From NCBI RefSeq assembly GCF_001194135.2, contig NC_068992.1, forward strand, positions 35,673,327 to 35,732,307: DNA of 58,981 nt, read 5' to 3'. The stretch's first letter is position 1. Each line of letters opens with the position of its first letter. The notes under the pieces were generated by a model. That model was not told where the DNA came from and did not search any database. It worked only from the letters and a program-made list of their open reading frames with translations. Origin of the DNA: Octopus bimaculoides. Lineage: Eukaryota. Below are positions 1-12,239 of the stretch, piece by piece. A program made the translations under genes and the position numbers.

Positions 1-221
1 TATCCTACGTAAAATACTGTCTATGTGATCTCCAATTTTAAAGCAAACGCATAATTTTCTTATGGTTTCTTAAACATTCACTAGAACAAAACTATACAAA
101 TCCAAATATATGGTACCCTAGGCATAACACCTACATGAACTTCTAACTTGTTGTCTCTTGAGTACTCTGGGTGAGACTTGGATCCAACTTGTACAAATGA
201 AAAACAAAAGTCAAACATAAA

Positions 222-224
222 ATA

Positions 225-300
<76 letters not shown>
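222..300 (+). repeat. (AAT)n microsatellite abutting the 5' end of Dong copy A
   Basis: Direct reading: aataataat... run with a few gat variants. Confidence 0.95.
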
Positions 301-302
<2 letters not shown>

Positions 303-319
303 TGGCAGACAGTGCTACA

Positions 320-1158
320 ATAATCATAAAATACATCAGGCACTCTATGAAAAATGGCAGACAGTGCTACAGCTCCAAACAAAAGAGGAACTCATAAAAA
401 CCATTGGAAGAGGAATTCCAGGAAGACACGCTCTCTCCACTCCTGTTCTGCTTGGCACTGACACCTTTATTTGACAAGCTAAATAGAACTGGATGTGGAT
501 ATAAATGTTACGGCAAAACAATCAGCCAGCTTGGGATGACCTAAAACTATACGCTACAAATGATAAACAGCTGGAAACACTACTACAAACAGTACGTGGA
601 TTTAGCAAAGAAACAGATATGAAATTTGGATTAGAAAAATGTGCCAAAGCAACTCTGAAAAGAGGAAAACTAGTTAAGAGTAACAACATCACACTAGATA
701 AAGCCAATGAAATAAGAGACATACAAATACTTAGGAATCAATGAAATAGATACGGTACAACACACACAAATTAAAGAAAAAATGAAAAGAGAATACTGTA
801 GACGAGTTAGATCAATACTGAAAACAGAGCTCAATGAGAAAAACAAGATAATAGGCATCAATACACTTAGCCGTCCAAGTTATAAGTTACAGCTAGAATT
901 TCCACAATTGGGCACTAAATGAACTAACCAAAATAGACAGGAAAACAAGAAAAATAATGACAGGATCTAGGATGCCCCATCCAAAATCTGACATAGAAAG
1001 TTTATAGATACAACGGATAGAAGGTAGTAGAGGCCTTATACAGCAAGAAAGCTATTACAAAATAACCACCATAAGACTTCAAAAATACCTACTTCAGAAG
1101 GAAGGAAAACTAATACAAATAACCACAAAACACGAACAAAACAAAAAGCTGTTTTTAG
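320..1158 (+). mobile_element. R4/Dong-type RLE LINE, RT-region fragment (copy A), decayed
   Basis: DDLKLYATNDKQLETLL...KCAKATLKRGK translation; high nucleotide similarity to 26680-27550; small deletion removes part of the YMDD motif. Confidence 0.9.
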
Positions 1159-1780
1159 TAAGTCCTGTTCATTGTGCAACAGAAATGTTATGGTTAATAC
1201 AGAAGGTACTGCCTGGTACTGCATCAGTACATTTCTGTTGCACAATGAACAGGACTTACTTGTCTTACAGAAAATTTTTTGTGGTGTGGGGATGGTAATT
1301 ATATTGGAGTTAGAGGTAGTGGTTAATAACTCTCTTAAATTGTTTATGGCGTCTAAAGAGTACAATAGGCGGATGAGAGAATATTGTAGCCAGTAGACGC
1401 AATAAAAATATAAGAGAGTTATTAACCACTAACTTTAGCCCCAACTACTATTGGCGTTTCTGAACGCTGCACCCCACAAAATAGCCGAAAGAGAGGTAAG
1501 ACCTGTTCATTGTGCAAGAACATGAGCCAAGTCAATTCCCTCATAAATTATAACAGAAATGTTATAATTTATACAGAGGGAGACGCATGTAAAGATTCCC
1601 AAGATTCCCATTTGGTGTACGCAGTGGAATAAACCAAACACAACTTGATTTATGCTGGTTGTACAACAGAAATTCAATTAGGATTGGTATAACATCAACA
1701 GAACTTGCCGAACATTTTACATCAAATGGCTGTAATTTTGAGGAACAACTGGGGAGAAATATACGAATTCAACTATACCC
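1157..1780. mobile_element. Penelope-like element linker and GIY-YIG fragments in +/-/+ foldback arrangement
   Basis: + strand from ~1380 reads IVASRRNKNIRELLTT...KTCSLCKNM...LVYAVE...HNLIYAG...TELAEHF; the - strand (1229-1370) repeats NNLRELLTT...KSCSLCNRN. Confidence 0.7.
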
Positions 1781-1852
1781 ATCATTATCTAATCTACTGG
1801 TCCCCTCCCTCCAAAGATCGGGCCTTGTGCCTAGAGTAGAATAGAATATTTT

Positions 1853-2065
1853 AAAGACGGCCAGCTGGCAGCAACGTTAGCAGCTGTACGAAATGCTTAG
1901 CGGTATTTTGGCTGTCTTTACGTTCTGACTTCAAATTCCGCCGAGGTCGACTTTGCCTTTCTCCTTTCGGAGTCGATAAATTAAGTACCAGTTACGTACT
2001 GGGGTCGATCTAATCGGCTGGCCCCTCCCAAAAATTTTGGGCCTTGAGCCTAGAGTAGAAAACAA
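1853..2065 (+). mobile_element. tRNA-derived SINE family S (preceded by a 3' half copy at ~1785-1848)
   Basis: A-box-like tggcagcaacgttag, B-box-like cttcaaattcc (gttcaaattcc in the 8344 copy), central cctttctcctttcggagtcgataaattaagtaccag domain shared by several copies in the window. Confidence 0.85.
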
Positions 2066-2183
2066 TGAGTAGAATATTTGCTGTAGCCCATCTTTATACC
2101 AAGAAAAAAGATGTACATAATAAAATTTCCAACCAGTTAAGATCAGAAGCCAGGAGACTCACTGCTTGATATTGTATCAAGGC
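2066..2183 (-). mobile_element. ~545-bp (AAT)-tailed element, 5' part only (copy E1)
   Basis: Matches the right end of 2224-2766. Confidence 0.8.
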
Positions 2184-2223
<40 letters not shown>

Positions 2224-2766
2224 GAGTGAGAGAGCAGTGTATGCCATCAAAGAGATACGGGGAAAATATACGAAGCCCAGTATACCCATCAGGACTACCC
2301 GTCTGATAAGTTTACACCGGGCACATGCATCACAACCATATATATGCGCGAAATAGTGATCTCATATCAAGAAAACCGCGAATTACCTTGCAAGCGAGGC
2401 ACAGTTAGAATTCTCATGTTGACTAGACCTTCCAGTTCAAAAGGTCCCTGAATAAGGGTTGTTTAAAGATGTTACCCATGTTTCCAAAGTGAAATAATCC
2501 AGACCCCAAAGAATTCCTCTCAACACAAGGCAATGTTGCTCCCCAATACTTCTGCTCGTGATCAGAGATGCATATATCATCAGCCACCAAGGAACGTGCT
2601 CAACTGATTAAGGTCAAACAACTGACAAGCAAATATGTGGTATTAAGCAGAATATTTGCTGTAGCCCATCTTTTATACCAAGACAAAACAATATACATGA
2701 TAACACCTCCAATCAGTTACGATCAGAAGCCATGAGGGCCACCCCCTGGTATTGCATCAGAGCATT
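2224..2766 (-). mobile_element. ~545-bp ORF-less (AAT)-tailed retroposon, full length (copy E2)
   Basis: Seven copies in the window share the gagtgagagagcagtg end next to (ATT)n; strand inferred from the truncation pattern. Confidence 0.85.
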
Positions 2767-2846
2767 TACTATTATTATTCTTCTTCTTCTTATTATTATT
2801 ATTATTGTTATTGTTATTATTATTATTATCATTATTATTATTATTA

Positions 2847-3399
2847 AGTGAGAGAGCAGTGCATGTCATCAAAGTGACACTGGCGTAAAATATACGAAGC
2901 TCAGTATAACCATCAGGACTACCCATCTCAGGGTACATCAGCTACGTGCATCATAACCATATGTGCGCGACAGAGAGATCTCATACCAAGCTAAACAGTG
3001 CATGATCTTGTAGATGTGGCCCAGTTAGGATTTTCTTCATCTGAAATAACCTAACCCGCTAAAAATGTCCCGAAATAAGGATTGTTTCAAGATGATGAGC
3101 AAAACACCATGTTTCCAAAGGTGAATTATTTAAACCCCACAAAATTCCTCTCAACACATGGCTATGATGCTCCCCCACTACCTCTGCTAGTGATCAGAGA
3201 TGCACATATCGTCAGCCACTAAGGGACATGCTCAACTGCTTAAGGTCAAACAACTGACAAGCAAATCTGTGGTATTGAGCAAAATATTGGCTGTAAGCCC
3301 ATCTTTTATGCCAAGACAAAACAATGTACATGATAACACTTCGAATCAATTAAGATCAGAAGCCATGAGAGCCAGTGCCTGGTACTGCATCTGGGCATT
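2847..3399 (-). mobile_element. ~545-bp (AAT)-tailed element, full length (copy E3)
   Basis: Colinear with E2 and separated from it only by an (ATT)n-rich tract. Confidence 0.85.
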
Positions 3400-3469
3400 C
3401 ATCATTATTGTTATTATCATTATTATTATTATTGTTGTTGTTGCTGTCGTCGTCGTCGTCGTCGTCGTT

Positions 3470-5100
3470 TTTACAAAGCTTTTATTTCTGGAGATGTACT
3501 ACGTTACCAGCTGTTCATTACCAGTGAAGTAAGGTAACACCCCTTATTTTTCGAGCACCATCCGGAGTATTCGAGCAGTTCCAAGCAGTGCTGTTTTCTG
3601 CAAGTTGTTCACCCTTATTGCAGCACCTATTCGCTCCATGAACTTCTCAAGATTTTATTCACTGTTCCTAGGTTTCCGACACTTACTCGTACTAGTACCC
3701 CCTTTTCAGCGACCACAACTGCTTAAACTTCCAAGCTAACCTGTCATATATATCAACTTTTCTTTCTTCCTTATCGCACACCTTGTTGTCAGCTGGAGCA
3801 CGTTATATCTATGATACAGTATCGTTTGCTTTCTTTCTCAATTAACACTGTCTGGCTTCCTATTATCTATCTCCTTGTCACACTGAATCATAAAATCTCA
3901 TAAGATCTTTGAATTCTCATTTTTGATTATGCTTTTGCGTTTATGTTAATAGCAGTGTTTTGCTCTGTCAAGTCCATACTTGTTGCAAAGTGTCCAATGG
4001 ACAATCCTTTCTATGTTGTCATGACGTCTCTTATATTCTTTCTGGGCTAGTGGCGTACATTGACTGATAATATGCCATACGGTTTCACTATTTTGTCCAC
4101 AAATTCTGTATTTACCACTTACTGATGTGTTGTCTATTCTGTATTTGTTGTAATTCATTCTTAGTGCTTGCTCTTGGGCAGTACACATTAGAGTCTCCGT
4201 TTCCGATTTTAAATCACTTTTAGACATCCATAGCCATCTTTTTACCCTGTCGGTCTTATCTTCAACATCCCTATGGATTTGTGGCAGGACTCCATTTTTA
4301 TCCAGATGTCTAGTTAATAATTGCTACATAAATGGCAAGCAGGCCTGTAATTGTCTACCGTATTGCCTTTTACGATATTTTTCAAGCACAGCGCTGTCTT
4401 ACCCATTGTCAACCACTATGCTGTTACTTGGTCGGCATTTATCAAGGTGTTGAGTTGTGCAGCTATTCGTGCATGACATTCACCAAAGCTTTTGATCCAG
4501 TAGCCTTGAACTCCATCTGGTCCCGGGGCCTTCCTGTTGCCCAATTTTGGGCTGAATTCCTTCAGTTCTCTAACTGAAATGGCTAGTTTTGTCTGTTTTG
4601 AACAGACTACTGTTTGTTTCAGTTCTTGCAGCCATTCAGCATCCTTCTTGTGCTTTTTGTCTTTGCTCCAGACATCACTCACAAACCTTTGACTTTCAAT
4701 GTTATCTGGTATCACCTTTTCATCTGTACATTCTCCATTTATTTCTTCGTAGAATCTCTTCTAATCTACTCTGAATAACCTATTCTGCTGGTATCCCTTC
4801 ATTCTTTGGTCAGGTGCAACACTGTCACCATCAAGGGCTTCAGTTTCATTACCGCCATTATTCACAATATTTTGTTCTTTCATTGTTACTTATATGAGGT
4901 AGCGATTATCAGGTTGCGCAATTATCAGTGTTTTTATTGTGACACCATCACGAGATATATCATCACTCAGAGCATAGGGTGATTCTAACCGCTTCCTTTC
5001 ATTATTATTATTGTCATCACTGATATTATAATTTTCATTTTTTACAACTGTTGGTTAATGTTAATATTTCCTCTGATCCGACATGAGTCTTGGCTTACCA
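3470..5100 (-). mobile_element. R4/Dong-type LINE with large internal deletions (copy B)
   Basis: KAPGPDGVQGYWIK (RT N-terminus), KSETE...AQEQAL...ETVWHIISQC...RHD (zinc knuckle/RLE region), LQKTALLGTARILR terminus; microsatellite on both flanks. Confidence 0.9.
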
Positions 5101-5682
5101 TCATTATTATTATTTCCATTTATTATTAAAAGGTATTGTTAAATGTTGTTTAGTTTCAACTTTTCTCTTGGACTTGAGATAATCATAAATATGTGAGGGT
5201 TTAAGGGAATAGTAGGAGCGAGAGATACAGCTTTGTGAATAGATTAAATTCCACAGGTCTGTAAATAGATTCGGCAGATGCTGAGGAGATCAGTAATGGA
5301 CATTCCTTTGCGATAAGGAGACAAAAGAGGCCTCACACCCTTGGGGTCATCAGAGATCAAATGTCTTTACTACTACTAGCTATCAACGAGAGCATGACCT
5401 TGGCCTTGAAAAGAACCAATTGACCTTGTTCTATTTTATAATTACTGATAGAAAAACGATTTTATATGTGTGTGTGTATAATGTATATAGAGGGGTAGAG
5501 GGGGAGAGAGGAGAAAAACGTTTATAATTATGAATAAGTCAAAATTATAACTAAGACGGTTAAAAAACCCTTACATATTAAAAATAGCAGCCAAAACTGG
5601 CTATAAACCATTATATCACTCATATTATTTCTCTTCACGATAAAACCTGTGTTCGGGCGACACAACTTGAAAATAATTGGTT

Positions 5683-5749
5683 TATTCCCTATTGCAATTT
5701 CGGCGTTAGGAACCACTTAAAAGACTCATTTACCTCGTCAGGTGAAATA
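5683..5749 (-). ncRNA. Type I hammerhead ribozyme motif (PLE pLTR-like), stem I partly decayed
   Basis: CUGACGA, gg...cc stem II, GAAA, palindromic auugcaau stem III, AUA triplet, then gggaaua. Confidence 0.6.
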
Positions 5750-6739
5750 TTCCTACAGATAGAAATCAAAACAAGACTTTACCTTCGGTCTAGCATGAAA
5801 CTCGACCGGCAATAGAAATGTTTTCAGCTCTATCAACACAATTAAGTTTTGAATTCAAGTGCCATGTACAGCGTTTATGTGAAAAGACCGGTAATTTCGA
5901 GCCACGGCAAATTCACCGGAAATGAGTTAGGAAAATTTAAACGAGTAGAGGGTGATGTAAAAACATTATGGAGGATATATTATAAATATATATACTGATG
6001 TACACATCGTTGAATTTTTGAATTTCTGAATTTTTCTTTCTTTGAAATTTTTCTTTTCCTTCTATTAGTTTTGTTGTGGTTTATAGTTTTTGTAACTGTG
6101 CAGTTTGTATATGCTGTCAGGTGCTGACATCCTTAATCTTTTTTATCGTGCATTTAATTGTGTTGTTGCAATAAATGTATGGTTACATATTCGGGTAGTC
6201 AGGAAGAAAAGAAAGATAAAATTTTCGAACAAAATTGTAGATATTAAACTTTTTTAATTTTCTAGAGATGTTCGTTTGTATGTCCTATCAGAGAAGACTG
6301 TAATGTTTTTGTAATAAAAAAGATGTTTACATTTTCGAATACTCAAGGAGAAAGAAAAGGGAAAGTTTTCATGTTTGATAAGAATGTACGGAGTGTGTAT
6401 CTTCAGATGGCCTACCTAAAGCATAGTAATAATCGTGTATTACTTCTTTATACTCTTCTCAGGATCATTTGATCCTCTTGCAATCTATATTCTGCGGTCG
6501 CTGTGGTGGTGAACTTGGAGGACTCGAGTTGGGGCACTTTCCGTTCAAGTGACCATCCAGTTCGTATTTAGTGAAGAGTTTGTGTCAGTGGATGACTTTT
6601 CGACCCCGGCTGCCTCTCTCTTGAGGGACGCACTTCCAAATTAATCATGGCACAAGTGATTTAGCGTACTGTTTTAATTTTCACTTTTGTTTTGTAAAAC
6701 ATTTTTGTGCTAAATTAACATTATTCTTATTATAATTGT

Positions 6740-7925
6740 TATTTACTTTTAATCTGCATGTTTGTGAATATCAATAGCCGAGACACACCCAGCATCCTAG
6801 GGCGAGTGAAGGATAAGAGATGTTACAGTATAACTGAAAGCTTGGAGAAGGGAAGTGGCAGGGGTAGTAGCGAAACATCTTCATGTAATACAACACAGAC
6901 ATTTAAGCCGATAAGTTTTTTCTAATGATGTGATCAGTACTTGTCAGCACAATCTTTTAGATTTCTCTGAGACATGGTTCTCTTAGAGTGTTGCCTAGAT
7001 GTTTCTGGCATTTCTTTTGTTATCATGCCTAGGGCACCTACAATTATACGGACAGTTTTTGCTAAAAGATTCCACATCTTTTGTGCTTCAATTTCCAGGT
7101 CCTTATATTTACTTAATTTCTCAAATTCCTCTACGGATATATTTTATAAGTTGGATCACTTACATTTATTTGTCTACAAGTATTTTCTCCCCTGTCTTTA
7201 ATAATTATGTCTGGTCGATTAGCCTGGATCGTCCTGTCAGTGTTGACTGGAAAATCCTGGCTCAGGATGATGTTCATACCAGCAAGCAGCAATGCCGATT
7301 CTGTGGAGTTTACATATTTTCCAATGTAAATACTGTCCTACCCTATCGTGGCGATTTTTATATTCGTTTGGTGTCAGAAGAGGACATCCCGAGACGAGGT
7401 CTGTTGTATCGTCAAATGTGTCGCAGAATCTCCATTTAAGGTCTGAACCGTTTTGAAGAACGTTAGCCTGATTGTTTTTGGTAAGCAAGCTTTGATCTTG
7501 TGCCGCTGGAATGAAACATTCAGTCTCTGCTTTCAGTCCTTAATTCAGCCACTGATGGATTGTTGCTTGGTCTACATCAGCATTTCGACTTCGAAGAATG
7601 TACTGTCCATGCAGAGGTTTCTGGCTCCACCGCACCTCAATTTGTTTCTGCCTGTCTTGTTTTTGCAGTCTGCCTGATCCATTTTGCTTGTTTGGTGGTA
7701 GTGGTTTCAGGTTTTTCATCTAATTCAGTGTTAATGCCGAGTTCCCTTGAGTGCAAGCTTCCATAACAATAGAATGTGATTTTATACTGCTATCATGTTT
7801 GCACACAAGCCGTCGCATCCAGTCCTCTGTCCTAGATAAGTACCTGTTCATTGCTGTTATGGAGGTCTTATAGCACAATTCTAACTGCATCATTCCTCTT
7901 CCCACAATTACATCTAGGTAGGTAC
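6740..7925 (-). mobile_element. R4/Dong-type LINE 3' part, second subfamily (copy C)
   Basis: GRGMMQLELCYK, LVSGCPLLTPNEYKNRHDRVGQYLHW, IIVGALGMI; 3' UTR shared with 37748-38445. Confidence 0.88.
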
Positions 7926-7929
7926 AAAC

Positions 7930-8058
7930 GATTAACGTCTGCTTTTGGTACTTAAGGAAGGATGAAAGGCAAAGCCAACGTCGGTGGAATTTGAATAGAA
8001 AATGGAGCGATGGGCGAAATAACGCTCAGCATTTTGTCCGGCGTGCTAACGATTCTCC
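7930..8058 (-). mobile_element. SINE family S fragment
   Basis: Reverse complement of the family S head and central domain. Confidence 0.7.
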
Positions 8059-8130
8059 TAAGCATTACATATTATTATTGTTGCCATCATTATGTTCAGC
8101 ATCAGCAACATCACCATCATTACCATCATA

Positions 8131-8580
8131 AGCACGTCGGACAAAATGCTTAGCGTCGTTTCTTCGAGCTTAACTTTCTAGTTCAAGTTCTGCTTAGGTC
8201 GACTTCGCCTTTTATCTTTTTCGGGTCGAAAACATCAGTACCAGTTGAGCAATGGGATCGATGTAACCGACCGGCCCCCTTTCCCAAAAATTTCAGACTT
8301 TGCGCCTATAAAAGAAATGATTATTATTATCATCATCATTATTAAGGCGGCGAGCTCGCAGACTCGTTAGCACGCTGGACGAAATGCTTAGCGGTATTTC
8401 GCCCGCTGCTACGTTCTGCTACGTTCAAATTCCGCCGAGATCGACTTTGCCTTTCATCCTTTCAGGGTCTATAAATTAAGTACCAGTTGTGTACTACGGT
8501 CGATCTAATCGACTGGCCCCCTCCCCCAAAATNNNNNNNNNNNNCCAAAATTTCAGGCCTTGTGCCTATTGTAGAAAGGC
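8131..8580 (+). mobile_element. Two tandem SINE family S copies (8131-8319, 8344-8580) with (ATT)n tails
   Basis: Similarity to 1853-2065; second copy has gttcaaattcc B box; (ATT)n at 8581-8635. Confidence 0.85.
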
Positions 8581-8635
<55 letters not shown>

Positions 8636-9679
8636 GAAGCAGTAAAACAACAACAACATCATCGACAACAAAAGCAATAAATCCCTATTGATATTACTTG
8701 CATGCCAATACTTCATTTCACTTTAATCTATTCTTTCAAGTAACCTTCCAGATGAAGGCATTATTCCTAGAGATTCCGATATTGGCAGTAATTAACTTAT
8801 CTTTTTTTGGCAAGCTGCAACTCTACCTCCCGAGCTAGCTGGTCATGTCAATGACTCTTTTTGAACAAGTTGTCAGTCTCTAATGATTCCATGTATTGAT
8901 GCCAACTGTTAGACAGAAAGATTAACTATATTTGACACGATATTTTCATATGTACATTAATAGGTCGAATGTTGTAACACGTATTAAGTTATACATGAAG
9001 TCATATATCTGGCACATTGAAAAACATTTTTGCCCCACTTTCGAATATAATGATTTCTTCAACACAATTATTGCGATAAATAAAACTTAAAGGTTTATAT
9101 CTGCCACATGCTATAATAATATAGGGTCCGACAGAGAAATAGAAATATTTTCCAATTAATAAAAAAGATTACTAAATGTAGGTTATTGGGATAATCGTTC
9201 ATGCAAAATAATGTTGTGATTACAGTTGTAACATAGCCTATAATCTTTATCTTATTTTTCTTGAGATATTTATTGAGGTATTGCCGATTGTATTTCTTAC
9301 AATCGGCGGCTCTCAAGTTTATCCGTAATGCGCGGTTTCACGCCGGGCACTTTTCCTTTGAATTTGACCTATTAGAAATAATTACAAGCCGAATGTTTTA
9401 GTGTATTCTACTATTTGTGCCAATTCACCTCCTTAAACTGGCAAACTCCAATTGAATATCATCGATCTAAGTAAAATAACAAGTTTCGGACTCAGAATAG
9501 ATCATTAACCCTAACCCTAACTCTAACCGTCAGCGGAAGAGGAAACTTTATGCGAGGAGATGAGAAATCGAGAGGGATAAATTAGGAAAGAAAAGGGCCA
9601 GAGTATAAGTTTCTCTTTGTGGAGGAACTACACGACAAGTCAAACATTAGAAGAAAAGGTGTGAGGAATCGGGTGGAGC

Positions 9680-10010
9680 AGAAAAGCAATGGATATAGTG
9701 GTGATAAGTGAAGTACAAGGTGGGCGAGGAGTGAATGAGGAAGTAGGGAGATGTCTGAAAATGTGGAACAACAAAATAGTAATGAAAATACAGTAAAAAG
9801 GAGGAAGACTGAGTTGATGAGAGATTTCATGCTATTTGAGAGATTGGAGAAATGGATGGGGAAGAGAGAGGCAGGCGCAGTATATGAGGATAGTGAAACG
9901 TATGAGGCAGTTGATGTAGGAAATATACTTTTGTAGCACAGTGGGGACGATGACCAATGAAAGCATAAGGGAACTGTATTAATGGAAGAAGATGGAGAAC
10001 AAGTGAAGTG
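9680..10010 (+). mobile_element. Possible decayed APE endonuclease fragment of an RTE-like LINE
   Basis: MDIVVISEV and ILL*HSGDDD..KHKG resemble the APE N-terminal DI..SE and YSG...H..GV motifs. Confidence 0.35.
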
Positions 10011-10018
10011 TTTCTGAG

Positions 10019-10056
<38 letters not shown>

Positions 10057-10594
10057 TCATGGGTGATATTCAAGCTACGGCGGAGAAAGCAAGTTACTGG
10101 ATTTGGCTATAAAGAGACGATGAGCAATAGCTAGAAGAATATTCAGTGAAGTCTAGTAACCAGTTGGTGTAGCAAGTGGGACTTCATCTCAGTCAGTAGG
10201 AGCCGGAGTGCAATAATGCCATCCAGAGGAAGGCCCCGAAACGGTACACAGGTACACATTCTCTGATGTGATGACACCAATCCTGTATGCGAAGCTTTCA
10301 ACCAGTGGAACTTCTATTTGTAAGTTGCTTGTAAATTATATGGGGTGGGTAAAACAAGTTGACACAGTTTCACTAGGAATTTCTTTTAATTCTTTCCGGA
10401 TGTGATAATATGTTTTACATCCATTCAACCATTAAGCATTAAGTAATATTAAGTAACGGGGATCTGAACTGTTCTCTTATAAAAACATAATTACAACTAA
10501 ATAGGCTGAGTGCTAATTTCATTTGATTGTTCTCTGTCTGTCTCTCTGATACGCTCATATAGTGGTAGACATACATACACACATACATACAGAT

Positions 10595-10625
<31 letters not shown>

Positions 10626-10655
10626 TAGTTAGATAGATAGATAGAGAGAGAGAGT

Positions 10656-10687
<32 letters not shown>

Positions 10688-10953
10688 TGCAATACATTTA
10701 CACATTATCACTTAAAGTATGATAAATAAAGGGGATGAATTGTGATAAAGAGGGATGTTTCGTTACATTGGAAATATCGTTAACGGGTAATACTCCTTGT
10801 GTATTTCGTATGTGTATTTAGTGTGCAAGATTCTTGATGTGGATACGTGTGTTGAAAGAAATACAATTAAACCTTGGGAGAGGCATTATGCCGGTAATAA
10901 ACACACGCACTGGTTCAGTCCTTTATTAATTTATAAACAGTATATAGTTTTTT

Positions 10954-10994
10954 GTTAAATCATTTCATTGCACTCTTGCAATCTCTTCAGTAAC
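10954..10994 (-). ncRNA. Minimal type I hammerhead motif in the pLTR (inverted copy at 11807-11847, +)
   Basis: guua-CUGAAGA-g-auugca(agag)ugcaau-GAAA-ugauu-uaac; the + copy has U16.1 changed to C. Confidence 0.55.
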
Positions 10995-11331
10995 TTGTCT
11001 CTCCACTTCCATTTATTTTGAATGTATGACTTGGCGTTGTTTTGAAACTGTTCGGTATGAGCATGTGAGTGTGTGCAAGCTCATATGTGTGCACGCTCAT
11101 ATGTGTGCACGCACTTATGTGTTCGTGCTTATATGTAAGTATGTGCGTCCATATGTGTGTTTATAACAATTTCGTTTATATCAGATCAGATAGAGACTAT
11201 GGACTTGGTTTTGGTTTCCTTTCTGTTATTTTTTTGTTTTCTTCGTAAATGCATCTTTTTTTTTTACGTTCACGTTCTGTATTTTATGTGTGAACAACAT
11301 ATGCAACCATGGGTAATTGTAAGGCTTTTAT

Positions 11332-11690
11332 CTACGTGTATTTGCTGTTCAAAATTGGTCGTGTTTCAGTTATGAGGACTGACTCTTGCATTTGCCGTAA
11401 TGATGCGTCACCGGGGTGTCTAGACAGGATTTCTATGCTAATTCGGTCCAGTACACTATTATGTTGTTCTTTGGCATGCTGGTATAGCAAAGAGGTTTGT
11501 TTGTGATTTTTATAGTCCCTCCAATGTTCATTTACACGCTCAGCCAAACTTCTCGCCGTTTCACCTATGTATGTCGTGTTTCTGTTTTTACAATCACCAT
11601 CCATACAGCTTATTTTGTAGACCACATTTCTGACTTTGCAGTTGATACCAGGACTATATTTGCACACAATGCAATTCTCTTCTACACACT
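11332..11690 (-). pseudogene. GIY-YIG endonuclease domain of a Penelope-like element
   Basis: CIVCK...NCKVRNVVYKISC...TYIGETARSLAERVNEH...QESVLI...PILN. Confidence 0.9.
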
Positions 11691-12239
11691 TTGTGCACAC
11701 ATGAGCGTGCACACATACGAGCTTGCACACACTCACATGCTCATACCGAACAGTTTCAAAACAATGCCAAGTCATACATTCAAAATAAATGGAAGTGGAT
11801 AGACAAGTTACTGAAGAGATTGCAAGAGTGCAATGAAATGACTTAACAAAAAACTATATACTGTTTATAAATTAATAAAGGACTGAACCAGTGCGTGTGT
11901 TTATTACCGGCATAATGCCTCTCCCAGGGTTTAATTGTACTCCTTGTGTATGCTATCTTCATAATTTATGCTGAAGATGTAGTCAAGCAATACAGACGTG
12001 TCAGTTTTAGAAATAGAATTGTCTGAAAGATTTTAGTTGTAGACTTTAACACAATGATTTATTTAATATTGAAAGTCAAGAAATAATTTGAATTACATCT
12101 CTCTTTCGTTCTACATACTTCAAGGTTTAATTGAATCTTTTTTTTTAACACACAGATTGAATTTTATATGCAGATTTAGAGCGACCGTATATTCAAATCG
12201 TGATGACCAATATCTTGATATATTACATTAATCAAATTT

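Larger units (their letters stand above)
10805..11937 (-). mobile_element. 5'-truncated Penelope-like element with inverted pLTR and 14-bp TSD
   Basis: ~250-bp inverted arms (10862-11110 and ~11690-11939); tactccttgtgtat direct repeat at 10791-10804 and 11938-11951. Confidence 0.88.

Noticed and set aside
2570-3260. CUGA(U/C)GA string and possible HDV-like fold in the ~545-bp element
   Set aside because: No stem II-GAAA partner for a hammerhead; a P1 pairing is possible but no P2 or L3 consistent with an HDV fold was found by eye.
10215-10255. ccagaggaaggccccgaaacggta
   Set aside because: Core mutated, stem II too short, no stem I.
11966-12004. ctgaaga-tgta...taca-gacgtgtc hammerhead-like string
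   Set aside because: GAAA is incomplete and there is no stem I; possibly a remnant but unsupported.
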